From the IMG/VR virus record IMGVR_UViG_3300024502_000013, positions 9,995 through 73,994 of that record: a DNA stretch of 64,000 nt; one strand, given 5' to 3'. Origin of the DNA: a virus. Below, in pieces: positions 1 to 8,838 of this stretch. The translations under genes and the position numbers were made by a program. A model generated the notes under the pieces. It had not been told where the DNA came from. It worked only from the letters and a program-made list of their open reading frames with translations, and ran no database searches. Every line of letters starts with the position of its first letter. Within the stretch, counting starts at the first letter, position 1.

Positions 1-1079
1 AATATCCCACCAGGATCATGTCCACGTTGTTCGGTGATGAGTGTCAGATGGTTGATAAGGGTCAGGAAGATGTAATCCAAGAGATTAAATCTAATATTTG
101 GATGCCAAAAGAACCTGATGATTATGCAAATCTAAAACCAAAGATGGTTCTTTCGAATGGTCCTTTGGCGGATAAATGGAACACGTTGCGTACATTCTCA
201 TCCACAATGAAGAATAATTCCAACATTGGTCGCAATCTATTCTATACAGTTATTGATGAAGTTACCGAAAAGTTTCTCGGTGTTATCTGTATTTCATCCG
301 ACTTTTTGGACCTAACACCTCGTGACCAATTTATCGGCTGGCCTAAAGATATTAAGACAACCGGTAATATGATTAATCACACAGCAATCGGTTCAACAAT
401 TGTACCACTGCAACCTCTCGGATTTAATTATATGGGTGGCAAATTGTTGGCGTTGCTGTGTCTTTCTGACACCGTTCAATCTGATTGGAAAAGACAATAT
501 GATGATGTTCTTGTTGGCGTTACTACTACTAGCCTTTATGGTAATACAAAATCTAACGGTCTTTCACAGTACGATGGTCTGGAGCACTGGAGAAAGATGG
601 GTTTTAGTTCAGGCTCAGTTGCTTTTGATCCTAATAGAGATATTCTTAATCGCATTTATGATTGGGTAAAAGAGAATCACACTCGTCATTACTTTGAATG
701 GTGGGAAGCCAAGAAACCCAATGGACTGCCATACAAACGTGACCATAAAAACCGTACTCTACACTTTGCATATAGCAAATTGAAGATACCAAAAGAATTG
801 GTGAAGTGTGCTCACCAACGTGGCATTTATTTCTCGCCACTATATGACAACACACCCGAATTCCTCCGTAAAGAAATTACGGAAGATAAACTGGTAAAAT
901 CATTTGATACCAGTGAACAGGCCTTGACCGACATTTGGAAAACCAAATATGCCAAAGGCCGTATTTCCATGTTGAAGAAAAAAAATAATGTATCGTATGA
1001 ATCCCTATTCTATGATGACCTTATTTTTATGACATGGGAAGAAACCAAAGCGAAATATTTACCACAAGTTGGTCGGTAA
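1..1079 (+). CDS. DUF4338 / DruA-like protein, probably 5'-truncated by the window edge
   Basis: Motifs GRNL..FLGVICISS, VPLQPLGFNYMGGKLLALL, TTTSLYG..SQYDGL; the frame is open from position 3; paralog at 24785. Confidence 0.65.
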   Translation, partial: YPTRIMSTLFGDECQMVDKGQEDVIQEIKSNIWMPKEPDDYANLKPKMVLSNGPLADKWNTLRTFSSTMKNNSNIGRNLFYTVIDEVTEKFLGVICISSDFLDLTPRDQFIGWPKDIKTTGNMINHTAIGSTIVPLQPLGFNYMGGKLLALLCLSDTVQSDWKRQYDDVLVGVTTTSLYGNTKSNGLSQYDGLEHWRKMGFSSGSVAFDPNRDILNRIYDWVKENHTRHYFEWWEAKKPNGLPYKRDHKNRTLHFAYSKLKIPKELVKCAHQRGIYFSPLYDNTPEFLRKEITEDKLVKSFDTSEQALTDIWKTKYAKGRISMLKKKNNVSYESLFYDDLIFMTWEETKAKYLPQVGR

Positions 1080-1083
1080 ACGC

Positions 1084-1112
1084 TTGACAGAAGTACTATA
1101 TAATAGTATAAT
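1084..1112 (+). promoter_or_regulatory. sigma70 consensus promoter
   Basis: TTGACA(1084)-17 bp-TATAAT(1107). Confidence 0.85.
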
Positions 1113-1166
1113 GTGAATACTTGTGACACACAAGACTTTGTTTTTAACTTATTATTGGAGATTGAT

Positions 1167-1436
1167 ATGACTAAACTATCAGCTAAGCAAAAAATGTTGG
1201 CCGCTTTGAAGAAAAAAGAAGGTTACAACACTTTCACGGTTAAACAGGCGCAACGCCGTTTCGGTATCAAGAATGTATCCGCACGTATTGACGAACTACG
1301 TCAAGAAGGATATTGCATCTATACCAATACCAAGAAGTTGGAAGATGGTACACGAGTTAAATACTACCGAATGGGCACACCAACACGCAAGTTGGTACAA
1401 GCTGCTCTACGTGGTGGATTTAGCTTCACTGCCTAA
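1167..1436 (+). CDS. small winged-HTH DNA-binding protein
   Basis: GGAG RBS; FTVKQAQRRFGIKNVSARIDELRQEGY helix-turn-helix pattern. Confidence 0.7.
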   Translation: MTKLSAKQKMLAALKKKEGYNTFTVKQAQRRFGIKNVSARIDELRQEGYCIYTNTKKLEDGTRVKYYRMGTPTRKLVQAALRGGFSFTA

Positions 1437-1444
1437 ACCTTATT

Positions 1445-1475
1445 GGGAACCACATGAGTGGTTCCCTTTTTCTTT
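1445..1475 (+). terminator. intrinsic terminator
   Basis: GGGAACCAC-ATGA-GTGGTTCCC followed by TTTTTCTTT. Confidence 0.8.
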
Positions 1476-1484
1476 GGAGAGAAA

Positions 1485-2303
1485 ATGGAAATTTCAATTA
1501 AAAAAGAAGAATTATCACAAAAGAGTATTTTCGTTGCAACACCAATGTATGGTGGCATGAATCATGGCCTCTATGCAAAGGCTTGTTTGGATTTGCAGGC
1601 TCTATGTATGCAATATGGAGTTAAAGTCAAATTTTCATTTCTTTTCAATGAATCTTTGATTACAAGAGCCAGAAACTATCTTGTGGATGAATTCTTACAT
1701 CGTTCAGATTGCACACATCTTTTATTCCTAGATTCAGATATTCACTTTGATCCTAGAGATGTGATTGCACTACTTGCTTTAGATAAAGATGTTATTGGTG
1801 GTCCTTATCCCAAGAAAGCCATCAAGTGGTCATCCGTAAAGAAAGCAATTCAAAAGAATCCTGACATTGACCCCAATCAACTTGCGGCTGTTACAGGTGA
1901 TTATGTTTTTAACCCTGTTAAGGGTACACAACAATTCAGTGTAACTGAACCACTTACTGTATTGGAAATTGGTACAGGTTTTATGCTTGTGAAGCGTGAA
2001 GTCTTTAACAAGATGGAGAAGGCATACCCAATGATTCGTTATCGTCCTGACCATGTTGGACAGGCACACTTTGACGGTTCACGTTATATCCATGCGTTCT
2101 TTGATACAGTCATCGACACAAAAGACTCTATCACTGGTGGTGGTTCCGACCGTTATCTAAGTGAAGATTATATGTTCTGTCAAATGTGGCGTAAGATTGG
2201 CGGAGAAATCTATCTATGTCCTTGGATGCGTACAGACCATATCGGCACATACCATTTCCGTGGTGATATGCCTGCTGTTGCAAACTTTGTGGGAGAAATG
2301 TGA
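1485..2303 (+). CDS. GT-A fold glycosyltransferase-like protein conserved in T4-like phages
   Basis: ATPMYGG, ESLITRARN, LFLDSD (DxD), GTGFML, SEDY motifs. Confidence 0.7.
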   Translation: MEISIKKEELSQKSIFVATPMYGGMNHGLYAKACLDLQALCMQYGVKVKFSFLFNESLITRARNYLVDEFLHRSDCTHLLFLDSDIHFDPRDVIALLALDKDVIGGPYPKKAIKWSSVKKAIQKNPDIDPNQLAAVTGDYVFNPVKGTQQFSVTEPLTVLEIGTGFMLVKREVFNKMEKAYPMIRYRPDHVGQAHFDGSRYIHAFFDTVIDTKDSITGGGSDRYLSEDYMFCQMWRKIGGEIYLCPWMRTDHIGTYHFRGDMPAVANFVGEM

Positions 2304-2626
2304 TGGGTGAAGGCCGTAAATTTGATGGAGGTAAATCAGAATACGGTCTTTTGCCACCACTTGCACTAGAAGAAACTGTAAAAGTCCTAACTTTTGGTGC
2401 CCAAAAATACGAAAGAGATAACTGGAAAAAAGTACCTGATTCAAAACGCAGATACTTTGATGCATTGCAAAGACATATTTGGGCATGGAAAAGAGGTGAA
2501 CAAATTGACCCTGAATCCGGTCTACATCACCTGGCACATGCGATGTGCTGCTTGATGTTTTTATACGAACATGATATAATGTATTCTGTTGATAATGATG
2601 GAGATGTGAATGAAACTATCGAATGA
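2300..2626 (+). CDS. dATP/dGTP diphosphohydrolase-domain protein (DUF5664-like)
   Basis: KFDGGK..LLP..GAQKY..NW..DPESGLHHLAHA. Confidence 0.75.
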   Translation: MMGEGRKFDGGKSEYGLLPPLALEETVKVLTFGAQKYERDNWKKVPDSKRRYFDALQRHIWAWKRGEQIDPESGLHHLAHAMCCLMFLYEHDIMYSVDNDGDVNETIE

Positions 2627-3284
2627 AACCTTGAATGTACTTAAGAACTTTGCCGGAATTAATTCTGGTCTAGAGTTTAAAACTGGTAACAAGATTACCA
2701 CAATTTCTTCCACGAAAACTGTTTTGGCAAAAGCCACATTGAATGACAATTTTCCACAAGATTTTTGTATCTATGACTTGAATCAGTTTTTGTCTGTACA
2801 TTCCCTTGGCAAAGATACTGAACTGGACTTTGATAGCAACAATGTTATCTTTAAGTCTGGTCGTTCTAAGACCAAGTATAGAATGACGGCCAAGAACATG
2901 ATTGTTTCTCCTCCAGATAAAGAGTTGAAACTTCCTTCTGTTGATGGATCATTTAAATTAAATGAAGAAGATTTGGCACAAGCCTTGAAAAATGCATCTG
3001 TCCTACAGTCACCAAACATTGCATTTGAATCTGACGGCAACAAAGTGTCCGTAACGGTATTCAATGCAAAGGACGACTCTGCACACACAAACACAATTGA
3101 AATTGGTGACGCACAAAACGAAAAGAGATTCAAGGCAGTGTTTCTGACCGAAAATTTCAAAATGATTTCTTCAACCTACAATGTTGATATCTCTAAAGCC
3201 GGACTTGCACACTTTACAAACCAAGCTGGCGATTTGGAATATTACATTGCTATTGAAGCAAAAGATTCTAAATTTGGAGATTAA
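2610..3284 (+). CDS. 45: DNA polymerase sliding clamp gp45
   Basis: MKLSNETLNVLKNFAGIN..FCIYDLNQFL, C-terminal YYIAIE; synteny with 44/62. Confidence 0.95.
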   Translation: MKLSNETLNVLKNFAGINSGLEFKTGNKITTISSTKTVLAKATLNDNFPQDFCIYDLNQFLSVHSLGKDTELDFDSNNVIFKSGRSKTKYRMTAKNMIVSPPDKELKLPSVDGSFKLNEEDLAQALKNASVLQSPNIAFESDGNKVSVTVFNAKDDSAHTNTIEIGDAQNEKRFKAVFLTENFKMISSTYNVDISKAGLAHFTNQAGDLEYYIAIEAKDSKFGD

Positions 3285-3285
3285 A

Positions 3286-3471
3286 ATGATTTACCTTACT
3301 GATGTTCCTTCACAACGCAAAGTTGCACTTAATCCTGACCACATCATTGCAGTATTTGTTATTGCAGATGGTGATTATGCAGGCAAAACTGGAATCAATT
3401 TGTCTAATGGTTCTATCGTTGTTGAAGAACAAGACTTTGATGTTGTTGCAATGATTAATAATAATGGGTGA
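3286..3471 (+). CDS. hypothetical protein
   Basis: GGAG RBS and ATG right after gp45. Confidence 0.6.
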   Translation: MIYLTDVPSQRKVALNPDHIIAVFVIADGDYAGKTGINLSNGSIVVEEQDFDVVAMINNNG

Positions 3472-3474
3472 TAT

Positions 3475-3750
3475 ATGACAAAGGTGAACACACTATTTGG
3501 TTCTTTTGACGAAGAACAATTGAAGAAACTTAAAGGTTATGTTGATGAAGTGGTCTTACATATGACCCGCAACAAAAGCAACAATGATGCAATCAAAGAT
3601 ATCATTGATGTTGCATATGATGAATTAAAATTGCCTAAGAAAATTCTAAAGCGTATGGCAAAAACACAATTCAACAATTCATTCCAAACTGAAGTTGCTG
3701 AATCGAAAGAGTTTGAGGCTCTATTTGAATCCATGCAGGAAATCAAATGA
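3475..3750 (+). CDS. T4 DsbA-like dsDNA-binding protein
   Basis: Helical IKDII..ELKLPKKILKRMAK..FEALFE pattern. Confidence 0.6.
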   Translation: MTKVNTLFGSFDEEQLKKLKGYVDEVVLHMTRNKSNNDAIKDIIDVAYDELKLPKKILKRMAKTQFNNSFQTEVAESKEFEALFESMQEIK

Positions 3751-4094
3751 GTGGCCTGGTAGGACGTAGACAATTCGCCAAGACACTAGGCCTTTTTGGC
3801 CTAGTGGCCGCTGGCGTTGCTGCATATAAAGAAACTACAGAAACTACCAAAATTGTTTATAAACAGGATGAGTTGCCGACCAAAGAGTTAGAATCACAAC
3901 TTGAAGGTAAACCTGTATTGCAACTACAAGCAACATACGGAACACCAAAACCTACAGTATACAGTCCTTATGTAATTCATGGCATGGGTGTTGAATATGT
4001 TGAGGGCACAAGAAAAGATGTAAAGGTCAATATTGTGCCTGGTCCTGATGGTAAACTATACGTCAAAGAGAATGACACTTGGCGTAAAATCTGA
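3747..4094 (+). CDS. hypothetical protein with twin-arginine-like N-terminus
   Basis: GRRQFAK followed by a hydrophobic stretch. Confidence 0.6.
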   Translation: MSGLVGRRQFAKTLGLFGLVAAGVAAYKETTETTKIVYKQDELPTKELESQLEGKPVLQLQATYGTPKPTVYSPYVIHGMGVEYVEGTRKDVKVNIVPGPDGKLYVKENDTWRKI

Positions 4095-4126
4095 TACAAT
4101 GTTATTTTATATTATGGAGTTTTTGA

Positions 4127-5059
4127 ATGAGCGAACACATGTTGTGGGTGGAGAAGTATCGTCCCCAAACAATTGAAGAATGTATTCTGAATGACAACCT
4201 GAAAAAGACATTTCAGGAATTCGTCAACAAAAAAGAAATCCCTAACCTTTTACTTTGCGGTACCGCAGGTGTCGGTAAGACAACTGTGGCTCGTGCATTG
4301 TGTAATGAAATTGGTTGCGACTATATCATCATTAACGGTTCTGATGAGAACGGTGTCGATGCGGTTCGTAACAAGATTAAGAACTATGCGTCCTCCATGT
4401 CACTAACTGGTGGACGCAAGGTTATTATCCTTGATGAAGCAGACTATCTAACACCAAACGCACAAGCAATCCTACGTGCAGGTATTGAAGAATTCGCATC
4501 GAATTGTTCTTTCATCTTTACCTGTAACTTTAAGAATCGTATCATTGACCCACTACATTCTCGTTGTACGGTCATTGATTTCAAAGCCAACGGATCTAAA
4601 GCCAAGATGGCAACACAATTCTTTAAACGTGTTGAGAACATTCTAAAAGAAGAAGATATCAAATATGATAAAGAAGTTGTGGCTGCGGTCATCACCAAAC
4701 ACTTTCCAGATAATCGTCGTATTCTAAATGAACTACAACGATACAGTGCAAGTGGAGTCATCGACAAAGGCATTCTTGCTGCCGTTTCTGATGTACAACT
4801 TGGTGAACTAACCAAGGCATTGGCCAGTAAAGACTTTGCATCGGCTCGTAAATGGGTGACACAGAACCTAGATAACGACCCTGCAAGAATCTTCCGTAGT
4901 TTGTATGATACATTGTATGAACAACTAAAAGCTGGTTCTGTACCACAATTGGTTCTCATCCTTGCAAAGTATCAATATCAAGCCGCATTTGTTGCAGACC
5001 ATGAAATCAATCTCATGGCCTGTTTGACCGAGATTATGGTGGAGTGTGAATTCAAATGA
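4127..5059 (+). CDS. 44: clamp loader large subunit gp44
   Basis: WVEKYRP, GTAGVGKTT, LDEAD, SRC motifs. Confidence 0.97.
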   Translation: MSEHMLWVEKYRPQTIEECILNDNLKKTFQEFVNKKEIPNLLLCGTAGVGKTTVARALCNEIGCDYIIINGSDENGVDAVRNKIKNYASSMSLTGGRKVIILDEADYLTPNAQAILRAGIEEFASNCSFIFTCNFKNRIIDPLHSRCTVIDFKANGSKAKMATQFFKRVENILKEEDIKYDKEVVAAVITKHFPDNRRILNELQRYSASGVIDKGILAAVSDVQLGELTKALASKDFASARKWVTQNLDNDPARIFRSLYDTLYEQLKAGSVPQLVLILAKYQYQAAFVADHEINLMACLTEIMVECEFK

Positions 5060-5430
5060 CGCCGTTCGACTATGTTAATTTGGTGATGCACACCAAGAAA
5101 CAAGACGGTGAGTTGGATTATGTTGACTATGCACCGTTCATCGTAAATAGGTCCTTGTCTTATCATCTAGACTGCATACCTTACGCACAGGACATGAACC
5201 TATGGCCTGGACTGGACAAAGATATGCAGTTCCAGTACCTAATAAATAGTATCAGGCCTATGAAACGGAAGTTTGCTCCGTGGCAGAAAGCCAGTAAAGA
5301 CAAGGATATTGAGTGTGTCAAAAGATATTTTGGTTATTCTGACCAGAAAGCAATCGAAGCACTTCGTATACTTACAGATGAACAAATCGCTGAGATAAGA
5401 AAAAAAACAGACAAAGGCGGAGTGAAATGA
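5056..5430 (+). CDS. 62: clamp loader small subunit gp62
   Basis: YAPFIVNRSLS..YFGYS..KA; follows gp44. Confidence 0.9.
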   Translation: MTPFDYVNLVMHTKKQDGELDYVDYAPFIVNRSLSYHLDCIPYAQDMNLWPGLDKDMQFQYLINSIRPMKRKFAPWQKASKDKDIECVKRYFGYSDQKAIEALRILTDEQIAEIRKKTDKGGVK

Positions 5431-5834
5431 TTGATGTTAAGGATTTAGTAGAAGTTACATTGAAGGAACAAGATGATTTCCTAAAGGTCAGAGAGACACT
5501 TACCAGAATTGGTGTAGCTTCAAAGAAAGATAAAACACTATTTCAAAGTTGCCACATTCTCCACAAACGTGGACAATATTATGTGGTACACTTCAAAGAA
5601 CTATTTGCATTAGATGGTAAGCCAACCGACATTACCGAAAATGACTTGGCTCGGAGAAATGCGATTATTAATTTGTTGGAAGATTGGGGTCTATTAAAAA
5701 TTGTGGACAAAGACAAAACGGCCACACCAGAACCTATTTTCCTATCACAGATTAAGATTCTTTCTCATAAAGAGAAGAATGAATGGCAGTTGACACCCAA
5801 GTACAATATTGGTAAAAAACCACAAAATACTTGA
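5427..5834 (+). CDS. regA: translational repressor RegA
   Basis: DFLKVRETLTRIG..QSCHILHKRGQYYVVHFKELF. Confidence 0.97.
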   Translation: MIDVKDLVEVTLKEQDDFLKVRETLTRIGVASKKDKTLFQSCHILHKRGQYYVVHFKELFALDGKPTDITENDLARRNAIINLLEDWGLLKIVDKDKTATPEPIFLSQIKILSHKEKNEWQLTPKYNIGKKPQNT

Positions 5835-5859
5835 CTTTCTTATATAAATAGGATATAAT
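5831..5859 (+). promoter_or_regulatory. overlapping sigma70 promoter and T4 late promoter
   Basis: TTGACT-17-TATAAT with TATAAATA (5843-5850) inside the spacer. Confidence 0.75.
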
Positions 5860-5976
5860 CTTAGTCCCATCGGGATGGGAAGCTAGCGTACCTGTGTTAA
5901 GCTAGTAAAATATCCACAGGTGCCAATGCCTTCGGGGTTGGCAAAATTTATTAACTCGCTTATTAAGGAGAAAACC

Positions 5977-6414
5977 ATGACAGATTTATTCAGTCAATTC
6001 CGTAAATTTGACCCATTTTCTATTGGATACAATGAAGTGTTCAAAGAGTTGGAGTCCATGTCCAAAGCTGTTGCAAAAGCTGCAACATATCCTCCATACA
6101 ATATCAAACAAGTCAAAGACAACAAATTCGTTATTGAAATGGCTGTTGCTGGATTTGCAAAGTCTGATATTGAAATTACACTTGAGGGCAACAAACTTGT
6201 CGTTAAAGGTAATACACAGGAAGAGGATGCACCTGATAACTTCTTGTACAAAGGTATCGCAAATCGTAATTTTACCCGTGAATTCAAATTAGCCGACAAG
6301 GTTGAGATTGAAAATGCCGAACTTGTTAATGGTATGTTGAAAATCGGTTTACAGAATATGGTAAAAATTCAAGACCAAGTTAAAAAGATTCCTTTGTCCG
6401 CAAAAAATGACTAA
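5977..6414 (+). CDS. small heat shock protein Hsp20
   Basis: YPPYNI..IEMAVAGF..KGIANRNFTREF..NGML; AAGGAG RBS. Confidence 0.95.
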   Translation: MTDLFSQFRKFDPFSIGYNEVFKELESMSKAVAKAATYPPYNIKQVKDNKFVIEMAVAGFAKSDIEITLEGNKLVVKGNTQEEDAPDNFLYKGIANRNFTREFKLADKVEIENAELVNGMLKIGLQNMVKIQDQVKKIPLSAKND

Positions 6415-6490
6415 TTGGTGGCCTGTTTCAGATGAGGAATGGGAACGCCTCAATCATCCGGAAAGGTTCAAGGACAATAAAGATAAATAA
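6407..6490 (+). CDS. 27-aa peptide MTNWWPVSDEEWERLNHPERFKDNKDK
   Basis: ATG overlaps the hsp20 3' end; stop lies just before the terminator. Confidence 0.45.
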   Translation: MTNWWPVSDEEWERLNHPERFKDNKDK

Positions 6491-6504
6491 ATTATCTTCC
6501 ACAC

Positions 6505-6540
6505 AGGGGTCTTGACAGACCCCTTTTTTTATAGTATAAT
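6505..6540 (+). terminator. terminator overlapping a consensus promoter
   Basis: AGGGGTC-TTGACA-GACCCCT plus T-run; TTGACA(6512)-17-TATAAT(6535). Confidence 0.8.
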
Positions 6541-6549
6541 GGTGCCATT

Positions 6550-6747
6550 ATGAAAATTTTAAATCAAGAAGAACCCGTTAAAGTTTGCGTCATAGCAACT
6601 AAGGAAATTTATTACACCTTTAATAATTTGCCATCTATGTTAATTGATGGTGTAGAATTTATTGGGGTGTTTAAAAACAAACCAACTTCGGATAGCAATG
6701 AATCTCCGCATTTGATGCGGAAAGATTCGGTTGAATACGTAAAATAA
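6550..6747 (+). CDS. hypothetical protein
   Basis: ORF directly after a promoter. Confidence 0.6.
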   Translation: MKILNQEEPVKVCVIATKEIYYTFNNLPSMLIDGVEFIGVFKNKPTSDSNESPHLMRKDSVEYVK

Positions 6748-6749
6748 TT

Positions 6750-6825
6750 GTGACCGTGGCCAAACGGTTAAGGCAGCAAACTCATAATTTGTTGATTGTA
6801 GGTTCGAATCCTACCGGTCACACCA
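6750..6825 (+). tRNA. tRNA with CAT anticodon (Ile2 or Met)
   Basis: Acceptor GTGACCG/CGGTCAC, loop CTCATAA, TTCGAAT T-loop, encoded CCA. Confidence 0.9.
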
Positions 6826-7177
6826 TATGCTCAGGGTAATGTTCTTCCATATGACAGTTATGACATAAAACAATACATTTATTGGATTCTTCAACCAATT
6901 TTTTCCAACTTGTATTTGAACAACGGCGAATGTCTATACCAAATAACTTATCTCTTAGATGGTGAAAACATAAGGCTGAAGTGTTTTTGTTATAACCACA
7001 TTTTTGGCAGTATTTACCTTTTAAGTCGAGTAATTTTAATTTGTTTTTTAATCCTTTATTTTTTTGGCTTTCATAATTTTGATGTTTAAAATTTGAATTT
7101 TTCATCTTACATTTATTACAACAATATTTTGTTTGCTTACCAGATAATAAATTACCACAAGTTAAACAGCTTGACAT
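6818..7177 (-). mobile_element. HNH homing endonuclease with Zn-finger motifs
   Basis: CxxC motifs, LCFHH..KCIVLCHNCHMEEH; AT-rich; opposite strand to neighbours. Confidence 0.8.
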
Positions 7178-7337
7178 TTTAAACTCCTTATACTATAATA
7201 GTATATAGAATTATGAACATTTTCATAAACTATCACAACGATTAATAAAATCAATTAGATTTTCATTTAAAATAGTGATATACTATGATAAGTAATCTAT
7301 GAGGTTACTTAATTTTTTAATACTTGAAAGGGAAAAA

Positions 7338-7871
7338 ATGAAAACAGTTGGTGATAAATTAGAAGCATTTGCCGTAACAGGCATCAATCCTGGTAAAGAT
7401 GATTTTTTTACTATTACAGAAAAATCATTTGAGGGCAAATGGAAAGTGATTGTATATTATCCAAAAGATTTTACATTCGTTTGTCCTACAGAGATTGTTG
7501 CATATGATAAGTTGGCACAAGACTTTGAGGACCGTGATGCAGTTCTTTTGACTGGCAGTACAGATAATGAATTCTGTAAATTGGCTTGGCAAAATGCACA
7601 TGAAGATTTGAAGAAAATCAAACACATTCAATTTGCTGACACTCAGCGTGGTGATTTGAGTTTGATTGAACAGTTGGGTGTATTCTATGCACCTGCTGGT
7701 GCTGCTCTTCGTGCAACATTCATTGTTGATCCTAATAACGAAATTCAACATGTCACTGTGAACAACCTCAACGTTGGTCGTTCTCCAGAAGAAACCTTGC
7801 GTGTATTGGATGCATTGCAAACTGGTGAATTGTGTGCATGTAACCGTAAAGTTGGTGGGGAGACACTATAA
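7338..7871 (+). CDS. ahpC: peroxiredoxin AhpC
   Basis: YPKDFTFVCPTE, ALRATFIVDP, GRS..E, resolving Cys. Confidence 0.95.
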   Translation: MKTVGDKLEAFAVTGINPGKDDFFTITEKSFEGKWKVIVYYPKDFTFVCPTEIVAYDKLAQDFEDRDAVLLTGSTDNEFCKLAWQNAHEDLKKIKHIQFADTQRGDLSLIEQLGVFYAPAGAALRATFIVDPNNEIQHVTVNNLNVGRSPEETLRVLDALQTGELCACNRKVGGETL

Positions 7872-8377
7872 TGGCATTCATCGAGCAAGTCAAAGATGCC
7901 TTGCCTGATTACGCAAAGGACACCAAGTTAAATCTTGATGCTGTCCTTTTGCGTAGTTCATTAGATGTGGATGTGGCTATGGGTTGTGCCGTAGCTGCAC
8001 TTGCCGCAACAGGTAATGGTAAAGTGTTGGCTGTTATGTTAGCGGACAATCCTGTCCATGCTGCAAGTGCTATGACAGCCGCAAGTTTGATGGCACAAAA
8101 CAACGTATGGTATCCATATGTTGAAATGGCAGACGACGAACAACTGAAGGGATTGCCAGCACAGTTACGCATGAACGCTATTGCAAATCATGGCGGAACC
8201 ACTAAGGCAAACTTTGAAGCATTCAGTCTTGCAGCAAGTATTGTTGGTAAGTGTCATTTCTGTGTCAAGGCACACTATGATACCTTGAAAAAGGAAGGTT
8301 ATACTGTTGAACAACTTCGTGATATAGGTCGTATCGCATCAGTAATGAACAGTGTGGCAAAAGTTTTAAATAGCTAA
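7871..8377 (+). CDS. ahpD: alkylhydroperoxidase AhpD
   Basis: LPDYAKDTKLNL, MAQNNVWY, CHFCVKAH (CxxC). Confidence 0.92.
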   Translation: MAFIEQVKDALPDYAKDTKLNLDAVLLRSSLDVDVAMGCAVAALAATGNGKVLAVMLADNPVHAASAMTAASLMAQNNVWYPYVEMADDEQLKGLPAQLRMNAIANHGGTTKANFEAFSLAASIVGKCHFCVKAHYDTLKKEGYTVEQLRDIGRIASVMNSVAKVLNS

Positions 8378-8378
8378 A

Positions 8379-8807
8379 ATGAAACAAAAATTTCGTGATG
8401 CTTATATGAAAGTGGCTGAGACCTTTGCGGAGTTATCCTCCGCAAGGCGTCTCCATGTAGGAGCTATCGTTGTCAAAGATGATAGAATTATCTCAATCGG
8501 ATACAACGGTATGCCATCTGGTTGGGATAATAACTGTGAAGATGAGGTAACTTATTTTCCCAGAATCAAAGAACTCAAAACCAAACCAGAGGTTCTTCAC
8601 GCAGAAACAAACGCAATTGCCAAACTGGCAAAGTCCACCGAATCTGGACTTGGTGCTTCTTTGTTTGTTACCCATGCACCTTGTTTGGACTGTGCAAAAC
8701 TAGTCTACCAATCTGGTATCAATTCTGTTTATTACCGAAATAGTTACCGGGACGACAAGGGTATAAAATTCCTAGAAAAAGCAGGAGTTACCGTAGAAAA
8801 AATCTAG
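8379..8807 (+). CDS. cd: dCMP deaminase
   Basis: GYNG, HAETNA, PCLDC. Confidence 0.92.
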   Translation: MKQKFRDAYMKVAETFAELSSARRLHVGAIVVKDDRIISIGYNGMPSGWDNNCEDEVTYFPRIKELKTKPEVLHAETNAIAKLAKSTESGLGASLFVTHAPCLDCAKLVYQSGINSVYYRNSYRDDKGIKFLEKAGVTVEKI

Positions 8808-8838
8808 GTCTAAATATAAACTGGAGAGGAGTATTCTT

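Noticed and set aside
1-1079. A Druantia defence system
   Set aside because: Only DUF4338-like genes are present; there is no large DruE-like helicase or other partner in the window.
5880-5925. Known SAM-II, SAM-V or preQ1 riboswitch in the hsp20 leader
   Set aside because: The topology is similar but the conserved ligand-binding nucleotides are not recognisable.
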